This document shows, in pieces, positions 19,506 to 29,266 of a stretch of 64,000 bases of DNA. Both the position numbers and the translations under genes were made by a program. How positions within the stretch are numbered: the stretch's first letter is position 1; each line of letters starts with the position of its first letter. The DNA is taken from sequence record SRR2962707_578; one strand, given 5' to 3'. Under the pieces are notes generated by a model that worked only from the letters and a program-made list of their open reading frames with translations, was not told the DNA's origin and searched no databases.

Positions 19506-20342
19506 ATGTCCTTCACCGTAAGCCCCACCGGTGCCGCCTGCGGCGCCACGATTAACGGACTGGATCTGTCCCGGCCTTTGGACGCGGCCACGGTGGCGGC
19601 GGTTCGAGAGGTATGGCTGGAACACAAGGTGGTGGTGTTTCCCGACCAGGACCTCTCGGATGACGATCTGGAGCGGTTCAGCCGCTATTTCGGCGAGTTC
19701 GCCGGTGATCCCTATATCGCTTCGATGGAAGACCGGCCCAATATCATCGAGCTGCGCCGTACCGCGGATGAAACTTCGCCGATTTTCGCGGACAGTTGGC
19801 ACACCGACTGGAGCTTCGGTGAAACTCCGCCGGCGGCAACGATTCTGTATGGCATCACCATTCCACCCCGGGGCGGCAATACGGATTTCATTAACCAGGA
19901 GAAGGCATTGCGGGAAATGCCGGAGGACCTGCGGCTGCGGTTGCATGGCAGGGTGGCTCTGCATTCGGCGCAGCGGGCCTACGCACCGGACGGGATCTAC
20001 GGCGATCAGGATTCCAGCAAAGGGCGGGGCTTCAAAATCCTGGCCTCCGATGATGCCTACAAAGTACAGCCGCACCCGATCATCCGTCCGCATCCGGAAA
20101 CCGGCAATGAGTCGATCTTCGGCTGTATTGGTTACATCCTCGGATTCCAGGATATGGAACCGGATGACAGCATGGCGTTGTTGATGGATCTGTACCGCTG
20201 GCAAACCCGGGAGGAATTCCAGTATCAGCATGAATGGCAACCGGGCATGTTGGTGATGTGGGACAACCGGGCGGTATTACACAAGGCCAACGGCGGTTAT
20301 GAAGGCCATGAGCGGGTGCTGCACAGGACCGTGATCAAATAA
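19506..20342 (+). CDS. TauD/TfdA family Fe(II)/2-oxoglutarate dioxygenase
   Basis: WHTD (HxD), HPIIRPHPETG, WDNRAVLH, RVLHR; AGGAG SD. Confidence 0.92.
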   Translation: MSFTVSPTGAACGATINGLDLSRPLDAATVAAVREVWLEHKVVVFPDQDLSDDDLERFSRYFGEFAGDPYIASMEDRPNIIELRRTADETSPIFADSWHTDWSFGETPPAATILYGITIPPRGGNTDFINQEKALREMPEDLRLRLHGRVALHSAQRAYAPDGIYGDQDSSKGRGFKILASDDAYKVQPHPIIRPHPETGNESIFGCIGYILGFQDMEPDDSMALLMDLYRWQTREEFQYQHEWQPGMLVMWDNRAVLHKANGGYEGHERVLHRTVIK

Positions 20343-20388
20343 CCGAAACACGAATCATCCGAGACGAAGCATCGCAAAGGCTGCTGTT

Positions 20389-21123
20389 ATGACCGACCGG
20401 ATTTCATGGATACCGCTGCTCGCGGAGGCCGTTACCCGGCACAAGACATTACCGCCACTGCCGCCCGGCTTGACCGAAACGGAAGGGTATCAACTGGCAC
20501 GCCGGCTGGCGGAAGCGGTGGCCGGGGATCAGGCCCATTGTGGATTGAAAGCGGGGCTCACCGATCCGCGCATACAGAGTCATCTGGGATTGAAAGAGGC
20601 CATGTTGGGCCATCTTTACTCCAATAGACGCCTGGAGCCGGGAGCCCGTTTGTGCTCCCGTGGCAAGGCCATGATCGAGTGCGAGCTGGCGGTTTTCGTG
20701 GACGCCGGGGGGCGACCGCTGTCGGTGGCACCGGCGCTGGAGTTCGTCAATGTGGATTTCGCCCGCCCCGAGGACCTGACACCGCCCAATCTGGCGGCGA
20801 TCAACCTGGGCGCCGACGCCTTTATGGTGGGTGAGACACGGCCGTGGGATGAGCTCGCCCTGGCCAGTCTGGATAGCGCCCGGATTCAGCTGTATCGGGA
20901 GAACGAGCTGTTGTTGGACGTGCCGGCCAACACTTCTCTTGGCGGTGTCGCGGAAGCGTCACGGTGGATGCTCGACAAGGCCCGCCGGCTGGGCTGGCCA
21001 TTGGGCGATGAAACCCTGCTGATGACCGGCACCGTGGGCAAGCCATTGGCGTTCGTGCCAGGGCTTTATCGCGCCGACTACGGGTCGTTCGGTTCGGTGT
21101 CGTTCACCATCGATGACCAGTAA
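20389..21123 (+). CDS. Divergent 2-keto-4-pentenoate hydratase / FAH superfamily protein
   Basis: GYQLA, GLKAGLT, IECELAV, PALE, LMTGT, ADYGSFGSVSF match the MhpD-like scaffold. Confidence 0.7.
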   Translation: MTDRISWIPLLAEAVTRHKTLPPLPPGLTETEGYQLARRLAEAVAGDQAHCGLKAGLTDPRIQSHLGLKEAMLGHLYSNRRLEPGARLCSRGKAMIECELAVFVDAGGRPLSVAPALEFVNVDFARPEDLTPPNLAAINLGADAFMVGETRPWDELALASLDSARIQLYRENELLLDVPANTSLGGVAEASRWMLDKARRLGWPLGDETLLMTGTVGKPLAFVPGLYRADYGSFGSVSFTIDDQ

Positions 21124-21135
21124 AACAGGCATGAC

Positions 21136-22692
21136 TCAACTGACTTGCCGTTCGCGTCCACCCCAATGCTCTTCACGCAGCTTGTACTTCAACAGCTTGC
21201 CAGCGGGAGACAACGGCAACTCGGAGCGTACTTCCAGGCTGCGTGGGATCTTGTAGTTGGCGATCAGTGTTTTGCAGTGCGCCATCAGTTCATCCAGTTC
21301 CAGTGTGCCGCCGTCCTGCAATACCACCGCGGCGTGGACGCGTTCGCCCCAGTCGTCGTCGGGAATGCCGATCACCGCGCACTGGGCCACCTGCGGCAGT
21401 TGCAGTACGGCTTCTTCCACTTCGGCGGAATAGACGTTCTCGCCGCCGGTGACGATCATGTCCTTGATCCGGTCGACCACATAAACAAAACCGTCTTCAT
21501 CCATGTAGCCGGCGTCGCCAGTGTGCATCCAACCGCCGCGCAGAGCGTCCTCGGTTTGCTCCGGTTTGTTCCAGTAGCCCTGCATCACCACCGGACCACG
21601 TACCACGATTTCACCGCGAGTATGGGCGGGCACCGGGTTGTCATTGTCGTCGACGACGCGCATTTCCACCATTGGCAGAGGACGGCCGGCGGACATCATC
21701 TTGCCACTGCGGAAGCCTTCCTCGGTGTGCCAGTCCGGGGTGAGGATGGAGACCGTGGGGGACAATTCCGTCATGCCGTAGGCTTGCAGGAAGCGAGCCT
21801 GGGGCAGGGCTTCGCGGGCACGGTTCAACAGCGTGCTGTCAATCGGCGAGGCACCATAAAGCAGATGTTTGAGGCTGCTCAGGTCGTATTGCGCGAAGTC
21901 CGGATGGCTCAACACCATGCGTATCATGGTCGGCACCAGAAAAGCTTCCAGGATCCGCTCCTGCTGGATCGCCCGCAGTACCGCCAGCGGCTCGAACATG
22001 GGAATGATGACACTGGTGTTCAGGCGCGCGGTGGCCTGCAGGATCAACCCCGTGCCGGCCACATGGAAGGTCGGGGCCGCGTGCAGGGTCACCGAGCGGT
22101 AAGGCATGCCGGACACCGCCTGGGAGCCCAGACCGTCGATGTACAGATTGGTGTGGCTGAGCATGACGCCCTTGGGTTTGCCGGTGGTGCCGCCGGTGTA
22201 CATCACCGCCGCCAGATCGTCGCCGTGACGATGGGCGTCCGCCACTGGCGCGCTGTCGGCGATCAGGGTTTCAAAATCCTGGGTGCCGGCGGGGGCGGCT
22301 TCATCGCCGGCATAAATGACGGTTTTCAACGAGCGGGATCCTTGCCGCAGTTCCTCAAGCAAAGGCAAAAAGGTATCGTCCACCATCAGAATGGTGCTGT
22401 CGCAGTCGTCCAGAGAGTAAATGATTTCCTTCGGACTCCAGCGAATGTTGACTGGATTGATCACGCCGCCGGCCCAGAAGGTGGCGTAGATGGCTTCCAT
22501 GTAACGGTCGGAATTGAGACTCAGAATGGCGACGCGATCACCGGCGTCGAGCCCCAGTGTTCGCAGCCCGCCCGCCAGCCGCGAGACTCTCGAGACCAGA
22601 TCACGATAGCTGCGCCGCCGTTCACAGTGGACCGTGGCGGTGCGTTCGGGCACTTCCAAAAGGGCTTTGTGCAATGGCTGAGTGAGATACAT
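21136..22692 (-). CDS. Long-chain fatty acid-CoA ligase (FadD-like)
   Basis: YTGGTTGKPKG, YGMTE, GWMHTGD, GGENVYSAEVE, LPLSPAGK. Confidence 0.92.
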   Translation of the reverse strand: MYLTQPLHKALLEVPERTATVHCERRRSYRDLVSRVSRLAGGLRTLGLDAGDRVAILSLNSDRYMEAIYATFWAGGVINPVNIRWSPKEIIYSLDDCDSTILMVDDTFLPLLEELRQGSRSLKTVIYAGDEAAPAGTQDFETLIADSAPVADAHRHGDDLAAVMYTGGTTGKPKGVMLSHTNLYIDGLGSQAVSGMPYRSVTLHAAPTFHVAGTGLILQATARLNTSVIIPMFEPLAVLRAIQQERILEAFLVPTMIRMVLSHPDFAQYDLSSLKHLLYGASPIDSTLLNRAREALPQARFLQAYGMTELSPTVSILTPDWHTEEGFRSGKMMSAGRPLPMVEMRVVDDNDNPVPAHTRGEIVVRGPVVMQGYWNKPEQTEDALRGGWMHTGDAGYMDEDGFVYVVDRIKDMIVTGGENVYSAEVEEAVLQLPQVAQCAVIGIPDDDWGERVHAAVVLQDGGTLELDELMAHCKTLIANYKIPRSLEVRSELPLSPAGKLLKYKLREEHWGGRERQVS

Positions 22693-22902
22693 GGGGCCTC
22701 CTGGCGTTATTGTTAGCGGGTCCCGCGGTCCGGGTTGCGCGATTTGGCGGCGGCCCGGCCAGCGTTTCTGAAACTAGAAGAGCGCCATGGGCCGAACCAT
22801 CGTCGGAAGCGACGATTTGCCCCGGCAGGCCGATCGGTCGCCTGGCTTCAGACGGAGTACCATGTCCGCCTATCAGAACCGAAATTTAATCAGGAGAATG
22901 CC

Positions 22903-23193
22903 ATGACCGCGTACATCGTGTTGATGAAGGAAACCACCCATGACCCGGCGGAACTGGAGATTTATGCGCAGGGCGCCAAGGCCGCCCGCGGCGACCATCC
23001 GATTACGCCGCTGGCGTTTTATGGTGATCTGGAAGTGCTGGAAGGACCGGCGATGGAGGGGGCGGTGATTCTGCAGTTTCCGGATGTGGAGTCGGCCCGT
23101 GCCTGGTATTACAGCCCCGCCTACCAGGAAGCCATGCAGCATCGGGTCAAGGGCGCGGATTGGCGCGCGTTCATCGTAAAAGGGGTGGCCTGA
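22903..23193 (+). CDS. DUF1330 family protein
   Basis: LEVLEG...VILQFPDVESARAWYYSPAYQEA pattern; AGGAG SD before ATG 22903. Confidence 0.88.
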   Translation: MTAYIVLMKETTHDPAELEIYAQGAKAARGDHPITPLAFYGDLEVLEGPAMEGAVILQFPDVESARAWYYSPAYQEAMQHRVKGADWRAFIVKGVA

Positions 23194-23299
23194 AAGCTTG
23201 CCATCGGCGTCGACGCGGCGCAGCTTAACAGGTCGCGGGCCAACTCCGGGGGAGCACCGGGATACGCCTGCCGAACCCCGAGCCGCCTGGAGCCCGCCC

Positions 23300-24247
23300 A
23301 TGCATGTGGAATACGCCACCGATCATCTTGAGCGTCCCCGCCGCTTCGAGTACTGGCACGATGTGGTATGCCGGCACTGTATTCCCGCCGACAGCCGCTT
23401 GTTGAGTCAAAGCCCATTCAATGGCCGTCTGTCGGTGCGGGATCTCGGCTCCACCGCCATCAGCACCATGGTGGCGCCGTTACACCGCTGGAGCCGGGAG
23501 GCCAATCATCTGCGCACCCATCCGGATGAGGATTTGTGGATTGGTTTCGCCGAATCCGGGCATGGCGTGCTGGAGCAGAACGGCCATCAGACGCCGCTGG
23601 CGGATGGTACTCTGGTGCTTTATGACGCCGCCCGGCCGTTTCAGTGCACACTGGAAGCCGGCCGGGTTTATCTGGTTCGGCTTCCGCGCAGAGCGCTGCT
23701 AAGACGCTTCCCCCAGGCCGAACGAGGCATCGGACAAGCCTTGGCGCCACACCGGCCGGGAGTGGCGCCCCTGCGTACCATGATCCAGCAGGCCGCGGCT
23801 CTGGAGCTGAGCGACGACCGGATCGGCGCCACGGAACAGTTTGGCCGGGCATTGCTGGACTTGGCGGCGGTGGCGCTGGAATGGCAGGGCGAGTTTCTCG
23901 ACGGCGCCATTGAACACGATCTCCATGGACGTCTCTGCCGGTTCATCGAGGCGCATTTCGAAGACCCGTCGTTATCACTGGTGGCGCTGGCCCGTGCCCA
24001 CCATGTGTCGCCCCGCACCGTGACCCGCGCTTTCGCCCGCCATGATCAGACGGCCATGGGCATGGTCTGGCGCGTGCGTCTGGAAGCAAGCCGACGGGCG
24101 CTGGAGGAGGGGCGTGTGGCCAGCGTCACCGAAGCGGCGTTCAACCACGGTTTTGCCGACGTCTCCCATTTCAGCCGCGCCTTCCGCCGGACATTCGGCA
24201 GGGCACCACACACCCTGTTGCGACAGGGCCCGGAAGAGCGCCACTGA
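23300..24247 (+). CDS. AraC family regulator (FeaR/NitR-like)
   Basis: RRFEYWHDVVC N-terminus, LYDAARPF, GFADVSHFSRAFRRTFG. Confidence 0.9.
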   Translation: MHVEYATDHLERPRRFEYWHDVVCRHCIPADSRLLSQSPFNGRLSVRDLGSTAISTMVAPLHRWSREANHLRTHPDEDLWIGFAESGHGVLEQNGHQTPLADGTLVLYDAARPFQCTLEAGRVYLVRLPRRALLRRFPQAERGIGQALAPHRPGVAPLRTMIQQAAALELSDDRIGATEQFGRALLDLAAVALEWQGEFLDGAIEHDLHGRLCRFIEAHFEDPSLSLVALARAHHVSPRTVTRAFARHDQTAMGMVWRVRLEASRRALEEGRVASVTEAAFNHGFADVSHFSRAFRRTFGRAPHTLLRQGPEERH

Positions 24248-24250
24248 TTC

Positions 24251-24288
24251 TGTCCTTCCGGGCACAACGCCTTGTCCTTCTCAGTCCA
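24251..24288 (+). promoter_or_regulatory. Tandem direct-repeat AraC-type activator site upstream of the amidase
   Basis: TGTCCTTC at 24251 and 24273 (22-bp spacing). Confidence 0.5.
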
Positions 24289-24350
24289 GCGTCGGGTGGG
24301 CGGTCTTGCTAGCGTTGGCGCTGGTAATCCGGGCTCGAGGAGCAATGAGA

Positions 24351-25751
24351 ATGACAAACAACGAACTGCACTATATGGATTTGATGGAAGTGGGCCGGCA
24401 GATTCAGAGCCGGCAGAGGTCCTCCGAGGAAGTCACCCGCCACATGCTGGAACGGGTCGATGCGGTGGATACACGCTTGCACAGTTACGTCACCGTGATG
24501 GCGGATCAGGCATTGCGGGATGCCCGCGCCGCCGACAAGGAGATTGCCGCGGGGCAGGCCCGAGGCCCGTTGCACGGCGTGCCGCTGGCGGTGAAGGACC
24601 TGTTGTGGACCGCTGGCACCGCCACTTCCCATGGCATGCCTATCCTGCGTGATCATGTACCCACGGAGGATGCCACCACGGTACGGCGTTTGCGTGCCGC
24701 CGGTGCCATTCTGCTGGGTAAGTTGCAGCAAACCGAAGGCGCCTTCGCCGACCACCACCCGGACGTCACCGCGCCGGTCAATCCCTGGGGAGAAACCTTG
24801 TGGTCCGGTGTCTCTTCCAGCGGTTCCGGCGTGGCCACGGCCGCCGGTTTGTGCTTCGGCTCCCTGGGCACCGACACTGGCGGCTCGATTCGCTTCCCGT
24901 CCTCCGCCAACGGGGTCACCGGGCTCAAGCCCACCTGGGGCAGAGTCAGCCGTTATGGAGCGTTCGAACTGGCGGCATCGCTGGATCATATCGGCCCGAT
25001 CGCCCGTAATACCGCGGACGCCGCCGCCATCCTGGGGGCCATCGCTGGTGCCGATCCACTGGATCCCACCGCCGCGCGGCAGCCGGTGCCGGATTATCTG
25101 GCATTGATGACGCATGGCGTGACCGGTCTGCGTCTCGGCTTTGATCCCGACTGGGGAATGCAGCCGGCGGACCAGGCCACCCAGGCGGTGGTCCGCGAAG
25201 CTCTCAAGGTGTTGGAGAGCGCCGGCGCGGAACCCCGTGAAGTGTGTTTTCCCGACACCGACCAGGCCGTGGCGGACTGGAGCCCACTGTGTGGCCTGGA
25301 AACGGCGGTTGCCCATGAGGAGACTTATCCGGCTCGCCGCTCCGAGTATGGACCAGTGCTGTCGGCGTTGATCGAAGTGGGGCGCTCACTGGACGCCATG
25401 GATTACCAGAAGCTGCAATTGCGACGGGCGGACTTCCGCGGGCGGGTGGATGCGCTGTTCGATAAAGTCGACTTATTGCTGATTCCCGCCGTCGCTTACG
25501 CCGGTGTGACGGTGGAGACCATGGCTTCTTTCGCTGACGATGAGGCCCTATTGGGAGGGATGATGCGTTACACCTGCCCCTTCGACCTCAGCGGCCATCC
25601 GACCCTGACACTGCCTGGCGGGGTCACCGCGGAGGGCGCCCCGGTGGCATGGCAACTGGTGGCGCCCCATTTTCGGGAGGATCTGCTGATTCGCGGCGGC
25701 TGGGCTTTCCAGCGCATCACCGACTGGCACCGGCGTCATCCACGAATCTGA
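24351..25751 (+). CDS. Amidase signature family amidase
   Basis: GPLHGVPLAVKD (catalytic Lys), GVSSSGSGVA, GTDTGGSIRFP; start at 24345 or 24351 after GAGGAG. Confidence 0.93.
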   Translation: MTNNELHYMDLMEVGRQIQSRQRSSEEVTRHMLERVDAVDTRLHSYVTVMADQALRDARAADKEIAAGQARGPLHGVPLAVKDLLWTAGTATSHGMPILRDHVPTEDATTVRRLRAAGAILLGKLQQTEGAFADHHPDVTAPVNPWGETLWSGVSSSGSGVATAAGLCFGSLGTDTGGSIRFPSSANGVTGLKPTWGRVSRYGAFELAASLDHIGPIARNTADAAAILGAIAGADPLDPTAARQPVPDYLALMTHGVTGLRLGFDPDWGMQPADQATQAVVREALKVLESAGAEPREVCFPDTDQAVADWSPLCGLETAVAHEETYPARRSEYGPVLSALIEVGRSLDAMDYQKLQLRRADFRGRVDALFDKVDLLLIPAVAYAGVTVETMASFADDEALLGGMMRYTCPFDLSGHPTLTLPGGVTAEGAPVAWQLVAPHFREDLLIRGGWAFQRITDWHRRHPRI

Positions 25752-25761
25752 TCACTGGAAG

Positions 25762-25789
25762 GGGTAGGCGGGGCCAGGCCCCGCCAACC
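25762..25789. terminator. Hairpin between the convergent amidase and MFS genes
   Basis: GGCGGGGCC-A-GGCCCCGCC inverted repeat (25767-25785) with flanking pairing. Confidence 0.55.
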
Positions 25790-27049
25790 TCATGCGCGGC
25801 TTGGCTGGGCCTGCGGGAAGAAGCGGGCGTCGGGCAGGCGCAAGGAGACCACCCCGGCCACCATCAGAATGGCCGCGGCACTGCCGAAGGCCACCCAGTG
25901 GGTGCCAAAGGTCTCGTAACCCCAGCCCCCCAGCCAGGAACTGATCATCGCGCCGACCTGATGCCCCAGGTAGGCCCAGCCGTACAGCACGCCCACCGAA
26001 CGGATGCCGTAGACGTCGGCCAGGATCGCCGAGGACAGGGCGATACTGCCGGCCCAGACGATGCCGCCCACCGCCGCCACGGCGTACAGATACCACACCG
26101 ATGGCACCATCATCAGGCCGATGAAGCCGAGACCGCGAATCAGATAGATGGCCGCCAGCAGGTTGCGGCGCGGTACCTGGTCGGCGAGATGGCCGAGCAC
26201 CAGGGTGCTGGGAATCGCAACCAGGCCGATCAGACCGATGCCGAGAGCGGCGGTGATGGGATCGAAGCCGTGGTCGGTGAGCATGGGTACGCCATGGCTG
26301 CCGAGCAGGTTCATGCTGAAGCCGCAGGCAAACAGGCCCAGGGCGATTTTGCAGAATGGCAGGGTACGCATCGCCGCCAGGCTGGTGAGCTGAGCCAAGG
26401 GCGCCAGCGGCGGCGCGGATTTGCCGCCAGCGCTGTCGCCCGGCAACAGGTCGGTATGCTCGGGGGCTTCGTCTCGGATGATCATCAGGGCGGCGGGGAT
26501 CACCAGCAGCACGAACAGCACGGTGAAACCGGTCAGCGTGTGCTGCCAGCCGTAGCGCTCAATGGTAAAGGTCAGCAGCGGTGTCATCACGGCGATGCCC
26601 GCCATGGAGCCGGTGGACAGATAGAACAGTGCCTTGCCGCGCTGGCGCGTGAACCACCGGCTGATCACCGGCGTCAATGCCACTGGACTGGTGAAGGAGA
26701 ACCCCAGTGACAGCAGGATGCCGAAGGCCAGAAAGAAGCTGAACGGGTCGGTAGCGTTGACCGACCAGATGCTGGAGATCACGACGATGGCGGTGCCCAG
26801 TAACAATACCGCGCGGCTGCCGTATTTTTGTGCCAGAAAGCCCGCCACCGGCATGCCGATTCCGTAGGCGAGCATGCCCAGGGCGACGATGGTGGAGAGA
26901 GTCGTGCGGCTGAGCCCCAGGTCCTCGGCGATGGGCTTGAAGAACGGGCCGATCCCCATGCGCATGCCCACGGTGAGCAGTGTAATGGTGGTGGCGGCGG
27001 CGACAATGTACCAGCCGAAATAAAGGGGGCCGGTCTGCTGACGAGTCAT
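25790..27049 (-). CDS. MFS transporter
   Basis: About 12 hydrophobic segments, GFLAQKYGSR motif A, RWFTRQRGKA, GHLADQVPRR. Confidence 0.92.
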   Translation of the reverse strand: MTRQQTGPLYFGWYIVAAATTITLLTVGMRMGIGPFFKPIAEDLGLSRTTLSTIVALGMLAYGIGMPVAGFLAQKYGSRAVLLLGTAIVVISSIWSVNATDPFSFFLAFGILLSLGFSFTSPVALTPVISRWFTRQRGKALFYLSTGSMAGIAVMTPLLTFTIERYGWQHTLTGFTVLFVLLVIPAALMIIRDEAPEHTDLLPGDSAGGKSAPPLAPLAQLTSLAAMRTLPFCKIALGLFACGFSMNLLGSHGVPMLTDHGFDPITAALGIGLIGLVAIPSTLVLGHLADQVPRRNLLAAIYLIRGLGFIGLMMVPSVWYLYAVAAVGGIVWAGSIALSSAILADVYGIRSVGVLYGWAYLGHQVGAMISSWLGGWGYETFGTHWVAFGSAAAILMVAGVVSLRLPDARFFPQAQPSRA

Positions 27050-27226
27050 GGCGTGGATTCCTTCTTTCGAAGCCGGCGCCGGGCCGGCTCCGGTGATCGG
27101 GCGGGCTATGATTTACATCTTAAGGAACCAAAGTGCAAGCATAACATTCCACGCGGTAGGTCATTTTTATCGCACGGTACAGGACGGCGGGAAAGGGCGG
27201 TCAATACCGCCCACGGTCAGGACGGT

Positions 27227-28174
27227 TCACTTCAGTTTGATATTCGGATCCAGGGTCGGGGCCGTCAGCGGCGGGCCGTCATAGGCGTCCACCGCGCCAA
27301 AGCGGTCGTTGGGGTAGGATTGCCAATCGCTGATCGCCGCTTCGATACGCGCCTGATCACGACCGACAAAATTCCACCACAGCAACACTGGCTGTCCCAG
27401 TGGTTCGCCGCCAAGCAGCATGATGTCGGCGCCGTCGTCCAGCTCCAGCGTCACCTGGTCGCGGCCTTGGCCGAGATAATAGAGGCTGCCGCTATCCATG
27501 GCGGTGCCTTCCAGGCGCGCATGCCCCTGATTGACACAGACCCCCAACTCGAAGACGGCCGGCACGGGCAGACTCAGGGTGGTATCCCCGTCGGCGCGGA
27601 TATGAGCGCCAACCAGAGGAGAAAACACCCGTGCCGGAGAACGGCGTCCATCCAGCTCACCCACCACCAGGGTGACGGTGGCGTCACCGAGGCGCCATTG
27701 CGGTAAATCGGTGTGGTGCGAAAACGCCGGATCGGTGTCTTCATCCGATTCCGGCAGGGCGATCCAGAACTGCAGACCGTGGATTGGGCCGGAGAAGCCG
27801 GGCGGACTTTCCTCGGAGTGGCAGATGCCCCGGCCGGCGGTCATCAGATTGAGCTGGCCGGGACGGATGACCTGCTCATAGCCAAGACTGTCTTTGTGCA
27901 AAAGCGCGCCCTCGAACAACCAGGTGACGGTCTGCAATCCGATATGCGGATGGGTGCCGACATCGACGCCATTATCCGCCTCCAGGTTGGTGGGGCCGAT
28001 GTGGTCCAGAAAGCACCAGGGGCCGATGCGGCGTTGTTCACGTACCGGCAGGTGGCGGACAATCGGCAGACCGCTTCCGAGGATCTTGCTTTGCGAGGGC
28101 AGGGCGCGAACGGTGGGACGCTCGCAGTTCTGCGGACAGTCGATCAGCTCTCCGCCAGTGGTGACGTTGCTCAT
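27227..28174 (-). CDS. Pirin family protein
   Basis: GPWCFLDH, HPHIGLQTVTWL, MTAGRGICHSE, WWNFV. Confidence 0.94.
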   Translation of the reverse strand: MSNVTTGGELIDCPQNCERPTVRALPSQSKILGSGLPIVRHLPVREQRRIGPWCFLDHIGPTNLEADNGVDVGTHPHIGLQTVTWLFEGALLHKDSLGYEQVIRPGQLNLMTAGRGICHSEESPPGFSGPIHGLQFWIALPESDEDTDPAFSHHTDLPQWRLGDATVTLVVGELDGRRSPARVFSPLVGAHIRADGDTTLSLPVPAVFELGVCVNQGHARLEGTAMDSGSLYYLGQGRDQVTLELDDGADIMLLGGEPLGQPVLLWWNFVGRDQARIEAAISDWQSYPNDRFGAVDAYDGPPLTAPTLDPNIKLK

Positions 28175-28243
28175 GGCTGGCTCCCGAATGGGGACGGTAT
28201 GGGAACCCCAGTATCGGTGCCGGAGAAGATCCGGTAAAGCGGC

Positions 28244-29179
28244 TCAGCGCGCTCTGGCACGCGGGGTGGGGCAGGCGGCGTCCTGGCCGGCGTAGTGGCT
28301 GCAGACCTCATTGCGGCAGCGAATGCCGTTGAGGGTGTTGGCCGGAGGGCAAGCACGCAGCTGTTGTTGCACCTCCAGCGATGTGGGCAGTTGCGGGGCT
28401 CCGGACACCGTTGGCACCGTCGGCTCCGACAGGGAGGCCAGCGTCTGCTGGGTCTCGCCATAAATGCGCAGCATGAGAGCATCAATGGCTTCATTGCGGC
28501 CGCTTTCCACCTCACGGTGATGTTCGCTGAGATGGCCGTCACGTACCAGATCCCGCAATACCGGACCCAGTGTGCCATCGTTGTTCACTTCCACCGGGTC
28601 CAGGCGGTTTACCCGTGAGGTCGTGCTTGACGCTGTGGACGATGCCGCTGGATGGTTGGCGGCGCGGCGCGGCGCCGATGTGTGCGATTGCCTGGCGGAG
28701 GCTGGCGGGGATGTCGATGCCACCCGGGATGATGCGGTGTTGTCGCTCGTGGTGGCGGAGGTGCCGCCACCGGCCTCTCCGCCAACCTCATCCGGACGGT
28801 CATCAATGATCATCGCGCCGCCGATCCGCGCCAGCGGGTCCGAGTGCGAGGAGACGTCGGTTACCGGGTCAGGCGTGCTGGTTGGCGGAGCTGGTGTCAC
28901 TTTCGTCAGAGAGGAGGGCGCCAAGGAGGCGGAGGGCCGAGCCGGGGGGATCGGTGTGGACCACCATTGGGCAAATAGCCAGGGCAGCATCAGCAACAAC
29001 GTGGCGGTAATCAGCGTGATCGGAGAGAAGACGCGGCGCAGGCGTGACAGCACGTCGGGAACGCCCCTTTTGGCCGGGCGTTCTTCCATGTCCGCTAGAA
29101 TTCTGCCTCCCTGGGCAGTGTCGGGCGCGTCCTTGCCGGAAGTCACAAGACTCGGCGCCGCTGAGTGACCGGTATTCAA
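28244..29179 (-). CDS. Single-pass Pro/Ser/Thr-rich membrane protein with C-terminal four-Cys motif (TagY-like T6SS accessory)
   Basis: TM segment ITLITATLLLMLPWLF, low-complexity linker, C-terminal CPPANTLNGIRCRNEVCSHYAGQDAAC; divergent from tagX. Start uncertain. Confidence 0.55.
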   Translation of the reverse strand: MNTGHSAAPSLVTSGKDAPDTAQGGRILADMEERPAKRGVPDVLSRLRRVFSPITLITATLLLMLPWLFAQWWSTPIPPARPSASLAPSSLTKVTPAPPTSTPDPVTDVSSHSDPLARIGGAMIIDDRPDEVGGEAGGGTSATTSDNTASSRVASTSPPASARQSHTSAPRRAANHPAASSTASSTTSRVNRLDPVEVNNDGTLGPVLRDLVRDGHLSEHHREVESGRNEAIDALMLRIYGETQQTLASLSEPTVPTVSGAPQLPTSLEVQQQLRACPPANTLNGIRCRNEVCSHYAGQDAACPTPRARAR

Positions 29180-29266
29180 AAGCTGTCCTTGCCGTTAAAT
29201 TACCCTCCCGCATTCTAACTACTGGGTGAGTGCCGTCAACGACGGTATCGACATGGAAGACATACC

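Noticed and set aside
21145-22716. 523-aa ORF on the + strand
   Set aside because: Mirror frame of the FadD-like ligase.
24042-24344. N-terminal extension of the amidase ORF in the track
   Set aside because: Overlaps the AraC gene and the regulatory repeats; the SD supports a start at 24345/24351.
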